64,000 nucleotides of DNA, taken from NCBI GenBank assembly GCA_964389135.1, contig CAYMDA010000002.1, forward strand, positions 138,800 to 202,799. Direction: 5' to 3'. How positions within the stretch are numbered: position 1 is the stretch's first letter; each line of letters starts with the position of its first letter. Positions 19,167-29,046 of this stretch are shown piece after piece. A program made the translations under genes and the position numbers. The notes beneath the pieces are model-generated. The model did no database searches, had not been told where the DNA came from, and saw only the letters and a list, made by a program, of their open reading frames with translations. This DNA comes from an uncultured Verrucomicrobiota bacterium (GTDB lineage Bacteria > Verrucomicrobiota > Verrucomicrobiia > Limisphaerales > CAIMTB01).

Positions 19167-20231
19167 ATGACCGCCAACTCTGTCGAACTGCGCAATCGGA
19201 TCGCCGAACTCCGAAGGCAGCGGCGGTGGCTGCCCAGCGTGGCCGCGCTGGGTTCGACCTTCACCATCCTTGCCGCGGCCTTCTGGGCGATCAGCGCGCA
19301 CCTGTCCTGGTGGACGGGCGTGGCCGCCTTCGTGGTGATCGGTTTCATGCAGTACCGGCTGGTGCTGGCGTCGCATGAGGCCACCCACAAGACGCTCCTG
19401 CACCCCGTGTGGCTCAACGAGTCGGTCGGACTCTTCTGCGCCTCGCTCGTGGGGGTGTCGCTGTTCAACTATCGCCGCGCCCACCTTGAGCATCACAAGT
19501 CACCGCAGAGCATCCAGGACGACATCGACGGGTACATCTATCGGCCGCTGATCCGCGCGCGCCCGGGATGGCCGCGCCTCGTGCTGCTGTTCACGGGCAA
19601 CTACGTGGACATCGCAATCAAGCTGCGCCGGAAGTTCATGGGCGACGGCGACCTCGAGGGCACGCACGCGCTGGCGGGATCGCAACCGCCGCGGCCCGCG
19701 GACCTTGTGAAGCAGATGGCACCGCTCGCGGTGACGCAGCTCTGTCTGGTCGCACTGTTCTGGTGGCGGATCGCATGGTGGGCGTACCCGGTCTTCTGGC
19801 TTCTGCCGATCTTCACGATCGCGCTGCAGCTCGATCGCATCCGCACCTTCCTCGAGCACGGGTACAACTACTTCTTTCCCGGACCGCCCGTGCCGGATCT
19901 CGCGGTGGCGCCGCAGAGCACGATCGACGTGGAGACGAACTTCCTCGAGCGCTACCTGTTCGCGCCGTTCGGCTTCAGTGATCACCAGGCGCACCACGCG
20001 CAGCTCACGGTGCCGTTCTACAATCTCCCGAGGCTGCGCGCGCTCCTCGAGGAGTACCAGCCCGGGTACGTGCGCCGGATTCGTGCGTCGTACCTGACGA
20101 TCCTGTGGCGGATGATCCGGGCGCCCTCCGCGGACGTGGCGGACGCCTCCGACGCGCGGGACGTGCCGGGTGCCTCGGAGGCCGAACGCGCCGGCGTCCT
20201 CGGCGGACGGCCGGACGCGGTGGCCGGCTGA
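19167..20231 (+). CDS. Membrane fatty-acid desaturase family protein
   Basis: Three His boxes, HEATH, HLEHH and HQAHH, with hydrophobic spans between them. ATG 19167 is preferred over the track start 19053. Confidence 0.85.
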   Translation: MTANSVELRNRIAELRRQRRWLPSVAALGSTFTILAAAFWAISAHLSWWTGVAAFVVIGFMQYRLVLASHEATHKTLLHPVWLNESVGLFCASLVGVSLFNYRRAHLEHHKSPQSIQDDIDGYIYRPLIRARPGWPRLVLLFTGNYVDIAIKLRRKFMGDGDLEGTHALAGSQPPRPADLVKQMAPLAVTQLCLVALFWWRIAWWAYPVFWLLPIFTIALQLDRIRTFLEHGYNYFFPGPPVPDLAVAPQSTIDVETNFLERYLFAPFGFSDHQAHHAQLTVPFYNLPRLRALLEEYQPGYVRRIRASYLTILWRMIRAPSADVADASDARDVPGASEAERAGVLGGRPDAVAG

Positions 20232-20233
20232 GA

Positions 20234-20262
20234 TCGCGGCGTGCCGCGACGCGACGCCGCGA
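20234..20262. terminator. Hairpin between convergent desaturase and DUF1501 genes
   Basis: tcgcggcgt (20234-20242) pairs with acgccgcga (20254-20262): a 9-bp stem with an 11-nt loop. It fills most of the 41-nt convergent gap. Confidence 0.35.
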
Positions 20263-20272
20263 GAGGCTTGCC

Positions 20273-21694
20273 TCAGGCGAACAGTTCGGTCACGGCGGAC
20301 GCCTTCACAAGTTCGCGCGGCTGGTTCAGGTGGTTGTACACCAGCGTTTCCGGGGCGATGCCGAACGCGTGATAGATGGTGGCGAGCAGTTCCGTGGGGT
20401 GAACCGGGGATTCGAGCGGGCTGGACGCCGTCTTGTCGGACCTGCCGTGCACGTACCCGGCCTTGATCCCGGCGCCGCCGATCACCGCGGTGTAACAGTA
20501 GGGCCAGTGATCGCGGCCGTCGGGGCTGTTGCTGTTGCCCGACGTGCTCACGCCCTTCTCGGGGCTGCGGCCGAACTCGCCGACGGCCACGACGAGGGTC
20601 TCCGAGAGCAACCCTCGTTCCGAGAGGTCCCTGAACAACGCGCTGAGGCCCTGGTCGAGCATCGGGGCGGCCTGGTTCTTCATCCGCTCATACAGTCCGA
20701 CGTGCACGTCCCATGAGTGGTTGTCGGAGTTGGCGATCTTGGGCCAGATGACCTCGACGACACGAGTGCCCGCCTCGATGAGCCTGCGCGCCAGAAGACA
20801 GCTCTGGCCGAACGTGTTGCGGCCGTAGCGGTCGCGCAGCGAATCGGGTTCGCGGGACAGGTCGAATGCCTCGCGCGCCTTGCCCGAGACGATGAGACTG
20901 AGGGCGCGCTGATAGTACTCGTCGAGGTCGTGCTGCTCGACGGCCTTCTCGATCTCGGGCATCGCCGCGGTGAGCGTGTCGCGAAGACGCGCGCGGCGCT
21001 CCAGGCGGTAGGCGAACACCTCCTGCGGCAGCTTGAGATCCTCGGTCCGGATGCGGTCCATCTTGGACATGTCCATGTCATCGCCCTCCGGGTAGAGGTA
21101 GTAGGGATCGAAGGCGCGCCCGAGAAAGCCGGCCGTCCCGCCCTTGCCGACGACATTGGATTCCTGGAGGGGCCGCGGAAGCATCACGAAGGGAAGCATC
21201 GGCTCGGTCACCGGCTTGAGCCGCACGATGTTGGAGCCGAAGTTCGGGAAGTCCCTGGCATTGGGCGGCTCGAGCTGCCCCGACGGCGACACCTTGTCGG
21301 TCGTGTAGCCGGTCATGATCTGGTAGATGGCGGCCGTGTGATTGAAGAGGCCGTTCGGTGTGTAGCTCATCGACCGGATCATCGTGAACTGGTCGTTCAC
21401 CTCGGCGAGGCGGGGCAGCAGCTCGGTGAAGTGAACGCCGGGGATTCGCGTGGGGATCGTGCTGAAGGGGCTGCGGATCTTGTCGGGAACGTTCTCCTTG
21501 GGATCCCACAGGTCGATGTGACTGGGGCCGCCTTGCAGGTACACCATGATGACGCTCTTCGCGCGGCCCCAGCCCGGGCCGCCGCCCGGGGGCCGGGCGG
21601 ACGCGCGGGCGTTCAGGTTGAGCAGCTGGCCGAGCGAGAGTCCGAGCAGCGACGAGCCGCCGATGCGCAGCAGGTCGCGGCGGGTCATTCGCAT
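20273..21694 (-). CDS. DUF1501 (sulfatase-fold) protein, Tat-exported
   Basis: Tat signal [19 protein letters not shown]. Contains [10 protein letters not shown] and NHSWDVH-type motifs typical of DUF1501. It lies 72 nt downstream of the PSD1-type gene. Confidence 0.9.
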   Translation of the reverse strand: MRMTRRDLLRIGGSSLLGLSLGQLLNLNARASARPPGGGPGWGRAKSVIMVYLQGGPSHIDLWDPKENVPDKIRSPFSTIPTRIPGVHFTELLPRLAEVNDQFTMIRSMSYTPNGLFNHTAAIYQIMTGYTTDKVSPSGQLEPPNARDFPNFGSNIVRLKPVTEPMLPFVMLPRPLQESNVVGKGGTAGFLGRAFDPYYLYPEGDDMDMSKMDRIRTEDLKLPQEVFAYRLERRARLRDTLTAAMPEIEKAVEQHDLDEYYQRALSLIVSGKAREAFDLSREPDSLRDRYGRNTFGQSCLLARRLIEAGTRVVEVIWPKIANSDNHSWDVHVGLYERMKNQAAPMLDQGLSALFRDLSERGLLSETLVVAVGEFGRSPEKGVSTSGNSNSPDGRDHWPYCYTAVIGGAGIKAGYVHGRSDKTASSPLESPVHPTELLATIYHAFGIAPETLVYNHLNQPRELVKASAVTELFA

Positions 21695-21766
21695 TTCGGC
21701 GTCGCAGAGGTCGGAGCAGGTGCCGCCGGGGATTCGGATCATGGCTGGAGCGGGGTGAGGGTGGCT

Positions 21767-24700
21767 TCAGTGGTTGAAGAGGAAGGCGGGCGTGTTGATC
21801 AGCGCCCATGCGAGGTCCTGGGCTGCCGTGAGGCGCCGGGACTCGAGCTGGCGCGCGCTGAGTTCGAGGTCCTCGCGCAACTGGAGCAGCGCCGGATCGA
21901 CCGGAACCGGCCGGCTGGCGCGCTCGAGGTTGCGTTCGAGCTCCCGGAGCCGCGGGTCCTCCGGGAGCGGGCGTTGCGCCAGCTCGAGCTCGAAACCACG
22001 GCGCAGCGCCTCGGGATCCCCGGACCGGATGTGGGACAGCAGGCGTTCCACGTGCGCCTCCGTCCGCTTGCGCGGGGGCAGGTCGAGGATCTCGGCGACG
22101 GCGGCCGGCAGCCCCGGTTCGGTGGGCGCCGAGTTCGTCGTGATCCACAGTCGGAATCTCCCGATCTCGTGGGGCGCCTCGTAGGCGTGAACGAGGCTGA
22201 ACCGGAGGACGGTTCCGTTCGTGTCGCCGACGGGATTCTCGAAGGCGAAGGCGGCCCAGTGCGGGCGCGCGGCGGCGTCGCCGCCGATGCTCCAGCCCTC
22301 GCGGCGTCCCTGCTCGATGATGCCGTCGAACGTGTGGCGGAGGTCCATTCCGGGTGCGGTGACGTCCGCCGCGGCGTCGGTGAGTTTCACGCGGGTGAAC
22401 GTCTCGGCATTCGTGAGCGACGCCGACTCCACGATGAACTCCGAGAGGAGGAAATCACCCTCCCTGTGTCCCGGTCCGAAACCCGGGAGGCTCGCATCGG
22501 GAAGGACCTCGAGACGAACGCCCGTGATTCCGGAGAGCGCGGTCTCTGCCGTGACGACGTACCGCGGCAGCTCGCCGCCGCTGGCCGTCGAGCGTATGGA
22601 ACCGTCGGGTCGCTTCTCGAGGGACGCGGAGCCGCTCACGCGCAGGTCCTTCGGTTCGAGGGGAATCCACCGCGGGCCGGGCCCGGCGTCCCCGGAACGC
22701 GCGAGTTCGGCGGCGCGGGAGCGCAGGGCAGGCTCGAGCTCCGCCACGGCGGCCTCGGCGAGGGCGATCCTTTCAAGGCGTTCGCGCTGGGCTGCGGCCA
22801 CGGCCGGGGCCCGCTCGAGAAGGTGCGCGGCGAGCTCCCGCTCGGCGCGGGTGATTTCGTCGAGGCGCCTGCGTTCGAGCCCGGGCCGGCGCGCGGCCCA
22901 TTCCGCCTCGGCGGCCCCGACGGCCTTCTCGAGGCGCGCGTGCTCGTCCTCGAGGGAACGCATGAACTGGCTGAAGGCATCCACCTCCGAGGCCCGGGGC
23001 GGCCGATTCAGGATGCGCAGGTAAAGGGCCTCCGTGATCTCGCGGGGGTCCGTTACGGAATCCGCGATGCGGACGAGGGCGTTCTCGGGGTCCTGGATCG
23101 CCTGGGCGACGGCGGGGCCGCTCAGGAGGGACATGACGGAGCTCAGCTTGATGTCGTTGCTGCGCTCGCATTCGCAGGCGCTCTCCCGCGGGGGCCGCCC
23201 GAGCGTGGCGAGGAACCCGCCGGGCAGGTCCACCGCGGAATCGATGAGCTGCGCGGCGCGGATGCCCTCGGCGCCGTCGGGGAATCGCGGCGTTGCGCCG
23301 GTGACCCGGTACACGGAATCGAGGAGCACCTCCGCCGGGAGGCGCCGCGCCAACGCGTGGGAGTAGTTGACGGTGTCATCCTCGTTCCATTGGTGGGTCT
23401 CGATGGACAGCTGGTAGGTGCGGGACTGGCAGATCTGGCGGAGAATGTGGCGCGTGTTGAATCCGCTCTCGATGAATTCGCGGGTGAGGTGTTCGAGCAG
23501 CTCGGGGTTGCTGGGGGGATTGCCGGCGCGAATGTCATCGAGCGGCTCGATCAGGCCGACGCCCATCAGGTAGCCCCAGAGGCGGTTCACGTAGGAGAGC
23601 GCGAAGTAGGGATTGTCCGGGGCGGTGATCCATTCGGCAAGACGCCCGCGGCGGGTCGCGTTCGGGTCCGGTTCGGCCGGTCCCGCGGGGAAGGGGAACG
23701 CGGGCTCGACCGGTTGTCCCGTGCGATCGTGGATGACGCTGCCCTCGCCGGCGTCGCTCACGATCTCGAAGAGGGGGCGGGCGCCCTCGACGGCGCTGCC
23801 ACCCACGCGGCGATTGCCGCTCGCCTCATCGCGGGAGAACTTCACCTGCGCGAAGAACTGGGCGAGTTCGTAGTACTGGTCCTGGGTCCAGCGCTCGAAC
23901 GGGTGGTCGTGGCACTTGTTGCAGTTGAACCGGGTCGCGAGGAAGAGGTGGGTGGTGTTCTCCATCGCCTCGGTGGGTTCGCGAAGGATCTTCCAGTACG
24001 AGGCGGCGGGATTCTCGCGGTTCGATCCGGAGGCGCTGAGGAGCTGGCGCACCATGCGGTCGTAGGGCACGTCGTCCTGGATCTGGCGGCGGATCCAGTC
24101 GCGAAAGATACGGGCGCCCTCGACGCCGAGGAACTTGCGGTTCACCTGGAGAAGATCGGCCCACTTGTTCGCCCAGTGATCGACGTAGGCATCGCTGTGG
24201 AGGAGGCGTTCGATGAGGGCGTCGCGCTTGCTGCGCCGGTCGCGCGGGTTGGCGAGGAAATCGCGGACCTCGTCGGGGGAGGGGGGCAGGCCCGTGAGGT
24301 CGAGGTACACGCGGCGGACGAACTCGGCGTCGCTGCAGAGGTCGCTCGGGAGGAGCTTCATGCGGCGCCACTTGGCGGCGACGAGTTCATCGATGCGGTT
24401 GTGAATCGGCGGGTCGGCCCAGACGAAGCCGGTCCGGTCGCCCATCACGGTCACGGTCGTGGCGGCGTAGCTTCCCTCGAACCGGGCGAGCAGGGGCGCC
24501 TCGCCGCGGCGGAGGGTTGAGACCAGGCCGGTGGAATCGACCTGCGCGACCTCGGAGTTGCCGCTCTCGATGAACGCCTCGGCGGTGACGTCGCGCCTCT
24601 CGCCGTCCGCGTAGGTCGCCACCACGCGCATCTGCTGGCGCGCGCCGATGGCCTGCACGACCGGGTTCTCGGGAAGGATCTCGATCCGCGTGACGCGCGG

Positions 24701-26920
24701 TGTGTCGAGGCTGAGGCGTGCGCCGTTCGCGATCCACTGCCGGAGGATGGCGTACTCGCGCGAGTCGGGAGTCGTGCGTTGTCCGCCCTCGTGCGGAACG
24801 GTGGCGGTGGCCTTGAGCAGGACGAGGCTCTCGTCGGGTGAAGCGAAGTTCACCCTGCGGGCGGCCAGATCGTCCGTGATCGAGCGCACGTCGAAGACCG
24901 GGTCGTAACCGCGGAGGGAGAGCTTGAAGCCGTTCTTGCCCTCGCGGGCGCCGTGGCACGTGCCGGCACTGCAGCCGAGCTTGGCGAGGACCGGGTTGAC
25001 GTCGTGGATGAAGTCGGCCTCGAACAGGGCGGAAGGCAGGTCGATCTCGACGGGAACCTCCGCCAGCAGCTCCCCGAGGTGCAGGCGGAGCGTGCGCCGA
25101 TCCGGGATCGCCTGGGAGGGGCTTGCCGCGGGATCAGGGTCGACGCTGAGCAGACCGCCCGGCGTGGCCCGGAGGCGGTATCCCGTCGTCTCGGGCAGCT
25201 CGTACCGAGCGATGCGGGTGACATCGACGCTGTCCCCGGAGGCGAGTGTCGCCGTGACGACAAGCTGGACCTGGTCATTGCGGCTCGTGAAACGGATTGT
25301 CGCGGGCGAAACCGTCAGGCCCGTGACGCGCGTGCCCGGGGGCAGCGACTCGAACGCCTTCCTCTCGTCCGCGATGGGCGCGCGCCGCGCGATGACAATC
25401 GGCTGGGCCGGAGGCTCGTCCTCGAGGGGGGCCGCCGCGAACACGCTCCGTAATTCCCCGGTCTCGGCGTTCAGGAGCAGCACGACGCCGCGGCTGGTGC
25501 CGGCCGCGATGGTCCGTCCGTCCGGGCTGAACGCCACGGAGTAAACGGCGGCCGTGGGCGACTCGAACTTGTGGAGGAGCCGGACGTCCGCGGTGACGAA
25601 GGCCTCGATGGCCTCGCGTTCCTCCCGGGTGTACTCGCCGCTCGTCTTCCGGTAGGCGTTGAGGACGGTTTCCGGGATCGTGGGATCGAACTCGGCGGCG
25701 TAGATCTGGATCGTGCCGCGATCGTCGAGCCCCGCGGCGGCGGCGATGCGCCCTCCATCCGGGCTGTAATCGACCCCGAAGATGCGGCCCTCGATCTCCG
25801 GAAAGCGGCGGAGAAGATTGGCATTGTCCCCGATCTTGCGCGCCACCTGGCGGAAGATCCGGTAGATTTGCGGCTGGCCGTCGGCCCCGCCCACGAGGAT
25901 CTCATCGCGGACCGGGTGGCGGGCGACGGACTGGAGCCCCCCCCGCAGGGCTCCCGGGGTGATCGACGTGATGTTGTCGATGAAGCGCTGCGTGGGCACC
26001 TCGGTCAGCTTGGCCGTCATGTCGCGGCCGACGGAGATCACGTGCGAGCCGTCCGCGGAGAAGACCGTGTCGAGCACCCAGTCCTCGTGAGCCATCTGCT
26101 GCAGGACCTGGCGGCCGGAGGCGGCCTCGATGGCGCGGACCGTCTTGTCGGAGCAGCCGAATGACACGATGCGTCCGTCGGGCGACCAGTGGACGCCGTA
26201 CACCGTGTCGTGACCCACGGTGACGGAGGTTCGGAGCTCGCGACGCTCCACGTCCCAGACCTGGATCTCGCCCATGCGCGCCGGGAGACCGCCGGCGACG
26301 GCGAGCCATCGGCCATCGGGGGAGAAGCGCACCGACTGAATGCGCTCGGCGAGGCCGATCAGCCGGGCGGCGATGCCCGAGCCGTCGGCGTGATGGAGGA
26401 GCACCTCATGAAAACCGGCCACGGCAATCCAGCGGCCGTCGGGAGAGTAATCGAGCGAGGTGATCACCGGCGGGCTGGAGTATCGCGGCGGGTTGGCGGG
26501 GTCGAAGGCGCGGATGCGCGAGGGCGGCGTGTCGTCGCGGGCCCCCTCCGCGATCCAGCGGCGGATCAGGTCGATCTCGGCCTCGCCCAGGGGCTCCTCG
26601 TTGCGGGGCATTTCCGCCTTCCCGTCGACCGGAGTGATCTGCGCGACCAGATGGCTGCCGTCCGGATTTCCCGGAAGCACGGGTGGTTCGCCGCTGTCGC
26701 CGGCGGTGAGGAGCCGGCTGAACTCGGTGACCACGTAGCCGCCCTTGTCCTTGGCGGGCTGATGGCATCCGGCGCAGCGCGCCTGGAGCAGCGGCCGGAT
26801 CTGGCGGTGAAAGCTGACCGCTTCGGGTGTGCCGGTCGATTCGGCGCCAGACAGCGGGAGGTGGGAGAAGACGAATGTGGCCGCGAGCGCAAGGGCCAGC
26901 CGGGACGAAGCGCGCTTCAT
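21767..26920 (-). CDS. Planctomycete-type cytochrome c (PSCyt1) / WD40 propeller / PSCyt2 (DUF1549) / PSD1 (DUF1553) protein with long coiled-coil C-terminal extension
   Basis: 1717 aa from ATG 26920 (signal MKRASSRLALALAATFVFSHL). Motifs seen: CAGCHQPAKDKGG, WD40-like blades, CSAGTCHGAREGKNGFKLSLRGYDP, FNCNKCHDHPFERWTQDQYY and NPELLEHLTREFIESGFNTRHILRQICQSRTYQLS. It ends in INTPAFLFNH. Confidence 0.9.
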   Translation of the reverse strand: MKRASSRLALALAATFVFSHLPLSGAESTGTPEAVSFHRQIRPLLQARCAGCHQPAKDKGGYVVTEFSRLLTAGDSGEPPVLPGNPDGSHLVAQITPVDGKAEMPRNEEPLGEAEIDLIRRWIAEGARDDTPPSRIRAFDPANPPRYSSPPVITSLDYSPDGRWIAVAGFHEVLLHHADGSGIAARLIGLAERIQSVRFSPDGRWLAVAGGLPARMGEIQVWDVERRELRTSVTVGHDTVYGVHWSPDGRIVSFGCSDKTVRAIEAASGRQVLQQMAHEDWVLDTVFSADGSHVISVGRDMTAKLTEVPTQRFIDNITSITPGALRGGLQSVARHPVRDEILVGGADGQPQIYRIFRQVARKIGDNANLLRRFPEIEGRIFGVDYSPDGGRIAAAAGLDDRGTIQIYAAEFDPTIPETVLNAYRKTSGEYTREEREAIEAFVTADVRLLHKFESPTAAVYSVAFSPDGRTIAAGTSRGVVLLLNAETGELRSVFAAAPLEDEPPAQPIVIARRAPIADERKAFESLPPGTRVTGLTVSPATIRFTSRNDQVQLVVTATLASGDSVDVTRIARYELPETTGYRLRATPGGLLSVDPDPAASPSQAIPDRRTLRLHLGELLAEVPVEIDLPSALFEADFIHDVNPVLAKLGCSAGTCHGAREGKNGFKLSLRGYDPVFDVRSITDDLAARRVNFASPDESLVLLKATATVPHEGGQRTTPDSREYAILRQWIANGARLSLDTPRVTRIEILPENPVVQAIGARQQMRVVATYADGERRDVTAEAFIESGNSEVAQVDSTGLVSTLRRGEAPLLARFEGSYAATTVTVMGDRTGFVWADPPIHNRIDELVAAKWRRMKLLPSDLCSDAEFVRRVYLDLTGLPPSPDEVRDFLANPRDRRSKRDALIERLLHSDAYVDHWANKWADLLQVNRKFLGVEGARIFRDWIRRQIQDDVPYDRMVRQLLSASGSNRENPAASYWKILREPTEAMENTTHLFLATRFNCNKCHDHPFERWTQDQYYELAQFFAQVKFSRDEASGNRRVGGSAVEGARPLFEIVSDAGEGSVIHDRTGQPVEPAFPFPAGPAEPDPNATRRGRLAEWITAPDNPYFALSYVNRLWGYLMGVGLIEPLDDIRAGNPPSNPELLEHLTREFIESGFNTRHILRQICQSRTYQLSIETHQWNEDDTVNYSHALARRLPAEVLLDSVYRVTGATPRFPDGAEGIRAAQLIDSAVDLPGGFLATLGRPPRESACECERSNDIKLSSVMSLLSGPAVAQAIQDPENALVRIADSVTDPREITEALYLRILNRPPRASEVDAFSQFMRSLEDEHARLEKAVGAAEAEWAARRPGLERRRLDEITRAERELAAHLLERAPAVAAAQRERLERIALAEAAVAELEPALRSRAAELARSGDAGPGPRWIPLEPKDLRVSGSASLEKRPDGSIRSTASGGELPRYVVTAETALSGITGVRLEVLPDASLPGFGPGHREGDFLLSEFIVESASLTNAETFTRVKLTDAAADVTAPGMDLRHTFDGIIEQGRREGWSIGGDAAARPHWAAFAFENPVGDTNGTVLRFSLVHAYEAPHEIGRFRLWITTNSAPTEPGLPAAVAEILDLPPRKRTEAHVERLLSHIRSGDPEALRRGFELELAQRPLPEDPRLRELERNLERASRPVPVDPALLQLREDLELSARQLESRRLTAAQDLAWALINTPAFLFNH

Positions 26921-26953
26921 GATGGGTGGCGATGGCGACCGGCAAGGTCGAAA

Positions 26954-26968
26954 TGGCACGGGAGATGC
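26954..26968 (+). promoter_or_regulatory. Candidate sigma-54 (-24/-12) promoter upstream of the methyltransferase gene
   Basis: TGGCACGGGAGATGC compared with consensus TGGCACG-N4-TTGC: the GG and GC are correctly spaced and only one core mismatch is present. It is intergenic, 137 nt upstream of ATG 27105 and correctly oriented. Confidence 0.3.
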
Positions 26969-27104
26969 GTGACACTAACCGGCGCCATGAGCCGACCGCA
27001 AGCGCGGCATGGGATGAAATGCCGCGCGGACGATCGGGCTGCGGGAGGGCGCATCACGTTGGCATGGCGCAATCGATCCCGGGCGATTACGGTCTCGCGC
27101 CCCG

Positions 27105-28100
27105 ATGGCAGATGGTTCGTCCCATACGCAGGTGCGGCAGGCGCAGTGTCTTGTCTGCGGCGGCGCCGAGGCCCGCGTCCGAGTCGTGGCGCCGGACTTC
27201 GAGTACGCCTGCCGCGAGGGCGAGTGGACCCTCGTGGAGTGTGTGCGGTGCGGGCACGTGTTCATCGACCCGATGCCGTCGGTGCAGGAGGTGCCCGCCC
27301 TCTATCCGCCCGGGTACTACACCGTCAATCCGGACTCGCCCATCCACATGGAAGGTCCCGTCGTCGAGGCCAAGATGGTGAAGGACGCCGAGAACCTGCG
27401 CAGACAGCTTGGGGGCCGGCGGGTTCGATCGATCGTGGACATCGGCGGCGGAAATCTGACGCGCCTTGCGCGGTTCCGGGAGGTGTTCAGTCGCGGGCAG
27501 TCCTCGCCGGTGGAGGCGATCTGCCTCGATCTGCAGTTCGAGGCCGCCGCCGTCGCACGCGCGGCGGAGTCCGGGATCCGCTGCGTCGTGGGCAACGTGG
27601 AGAACGATCTCGGGGCGCTGCGGGATGGCGGACACGACCTGGTGATCATGCGTCAGTTGATCGAGCACCTCCGTGATCCGCGGGCGGCCCTTCACGAGGT
27701 GAGGCGGAAGCTTTCCCCGGACGGCGTGCTCGTCGTGGAGACCCCCAACCGCGGCGGCTGGGATTACCGTCTTTTCGGAAGGCGCTACTGGGGCGGCTAC
27801 CATGTGCCCCGGCACTTTCACCTGTTCGACCTCGAGTCCCTCGCGCGCCTGCTGCGCGAGACCGGCTACGTGGTCGAACGACAGGTGTGCACGCCGTCGA
27901 TCGCGTTCTGGGTGATCAGTTTCCGGAACGCGCTCGGACTGAACTCCCTGCGGCGCGGGTCATCCCGGTGGGAGTTTCTGACGCTGAAGAGCCTGCCCGT
28001 GGCGGGCACGTTCTACGTGCTGGACCTTCTCTGGACCATGCTCGGCGGACGCACGTCGAACCAGGTCGCCCTCGCGCGGCCCGAAGGCGGGCGCGAATGA
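27105..28100 (+). CDS. Class I SAM-dependent methyltransferase with N-terminal Cys4 zinc-ribbon
   Basis: CLVCGG...CVRCGH forms the zinc ribbon. Motif I is VDIGGGNLTRLA, with a later LVIMRQLIEHL. The substrate cannot be inferred. Confidence 0.75.
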   Translation: MADGSSHTQVRQAQCLVCGGAEARVRVVAPDFEYACREGEWTLVECVRCGHVFIDPMPSVQEVPALYPPGYYTVNPDSPIHMEGPVVEAKMVKDAENLRRQLGGRRVRSIVDIGGGNLTRLARFREVFSRGQSSPVEAICLDLQFEAAAVARAAESGIRCVVGNVENDLGALRDGGHDLVIMRQLIEHLRDPRAALHEVRRKLSPDGVLVVETPNRGGWDYRLFGRRYWGGYHVPRHFHLFDLESLARLLRETGYVVERQVCTPSIAFWVISFRNALGLNSLRRGSSRWEFLTLKSLPVAGTFYVLDLLWTMLGGRTSNQVALARPEGGRE

Positions 28101-28156
28101 ACGCGCCGTGGCGGCGGGCGACGGCGACGGCCGCGGCGCGGGGCGGGTGCGCCCGC

Positions 28157-28912
28157 TCAGAGGCCCGTCGGGAAATCGAGAAACTCCCATGGCAGGCGGA
28201 AGCGCCGGGAAAGGTGCTCGGCGAGCGCCTTCACCCCGAAGGTTTCCGTGGCATAGTGACCGCCGTAGAGGACGTTGATGCCGAGTTCCTCGGCCACGAC
28301 GGCGGACCAGTGCGGGCCCTCGCCCGTGATGAAGGTGTCGATGCCCGCCGCCGCGGCCTCGCGCAGTTCGGCGCCCGCTCCGCCGGTCACGATCCCGACG
28401 TGATGACAGACTTCCGGCCCCGAAGGGAGCACGACGGGGGCGGCGCCCGTGGCGGCCTGCAGACGGCGCGCGAGTTCGTCACGCGGGATTCTCCGGGTGG
28501 CCCGGCGGCCGATCATCCGGCCCCTGGCCTCGAAGAAGGGCGAGGTGCGGGAGAAGCCGAGGGCCCGCGCGAGCAACGCGGAGTTTCCGATCTCGGGGTG
28601 CGCATCGAGGGGCAGGTGCGAGCTGTACACCGCGAGATCGTGGCCGAGGAGCACCCGGAGGAGTTCCATGCGGCGGCCGGTCCACGGCTGCTGAGGCGAC
28701 CAGAAGAGGCCGTGGTGCACGAGCAGGAGGTCCGCGCCCGCGTCGATGGCCGCGCGGACGGTGGCGTGCCGCGCATCGACCGCGGCGGCGATGCGTGTGA
28801 TCCTGCCGGAATTCTCGACCTGGAGCCCGTTCACGGCTCCGTCCCAGTCCCGGAATTCGTGCGTGCGAAGGATCGAGTTGCAGTGATCGACAATTTGTTG
28901 GAGCAGTGGCAT
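28157..28912 (-). CDS. Nif3-like dinuclear metal centre protein (GTP cyclohydrolase 1 type 2 family)
   Basis: 251 aa from ATG 28912. Motifs GAVNGLQVENSG, ADLLLVHHGLFW and YGGHYATETFG. Confidence 0.85.
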   Translation of the reverse strand: MPLLQQIVDHCNSILRTHEFRDWDGAVNGLQVENSGRITRIAAAVDARHATVRAAIDAGADLLLVHHGLFWSPQQPWTGRRMELLRVLLGHDLAVYSSHLPLDAHPEIGNSALLARALGFSRTSPFFEARGRMIGRRATRRIPRDELARRLQAATGAAPVVLPSGPEVCHHVGIVTGGAGAELREAAAAGIDTFITGEGPHWSAVVAEELGINVLYGGHYATETFGVKALAEHLSRRFRLPWEFLDFPTGL

Positions 28913-28982
28913 GGGCGCGAGACGATCGCAGTCAGGTGTGACGCCGCGCGGATGGGCGCCGTGAGAATTCACGGGGCGCGCA

Positions 28983-29010
28983 TTGCATCCACGGTCAGCG
29001 CCCGTATAGT
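28983..29010 (+). promoter_or_regulatory. Candidate sigma-70-type promoter for speA
   Basis: TTGCAT (28983-28988), a 16-nt spacer, then TATAGT (29005-29010). It lies 37 nt upstream of ATG 29047, in the divergent gap between the Nif3-like gene and speA. Confidence 0.4.
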
Positions 29011-29046
29011 CGCGCGCGCGTTTCACGTGTCGAATCGAGATTCGAA

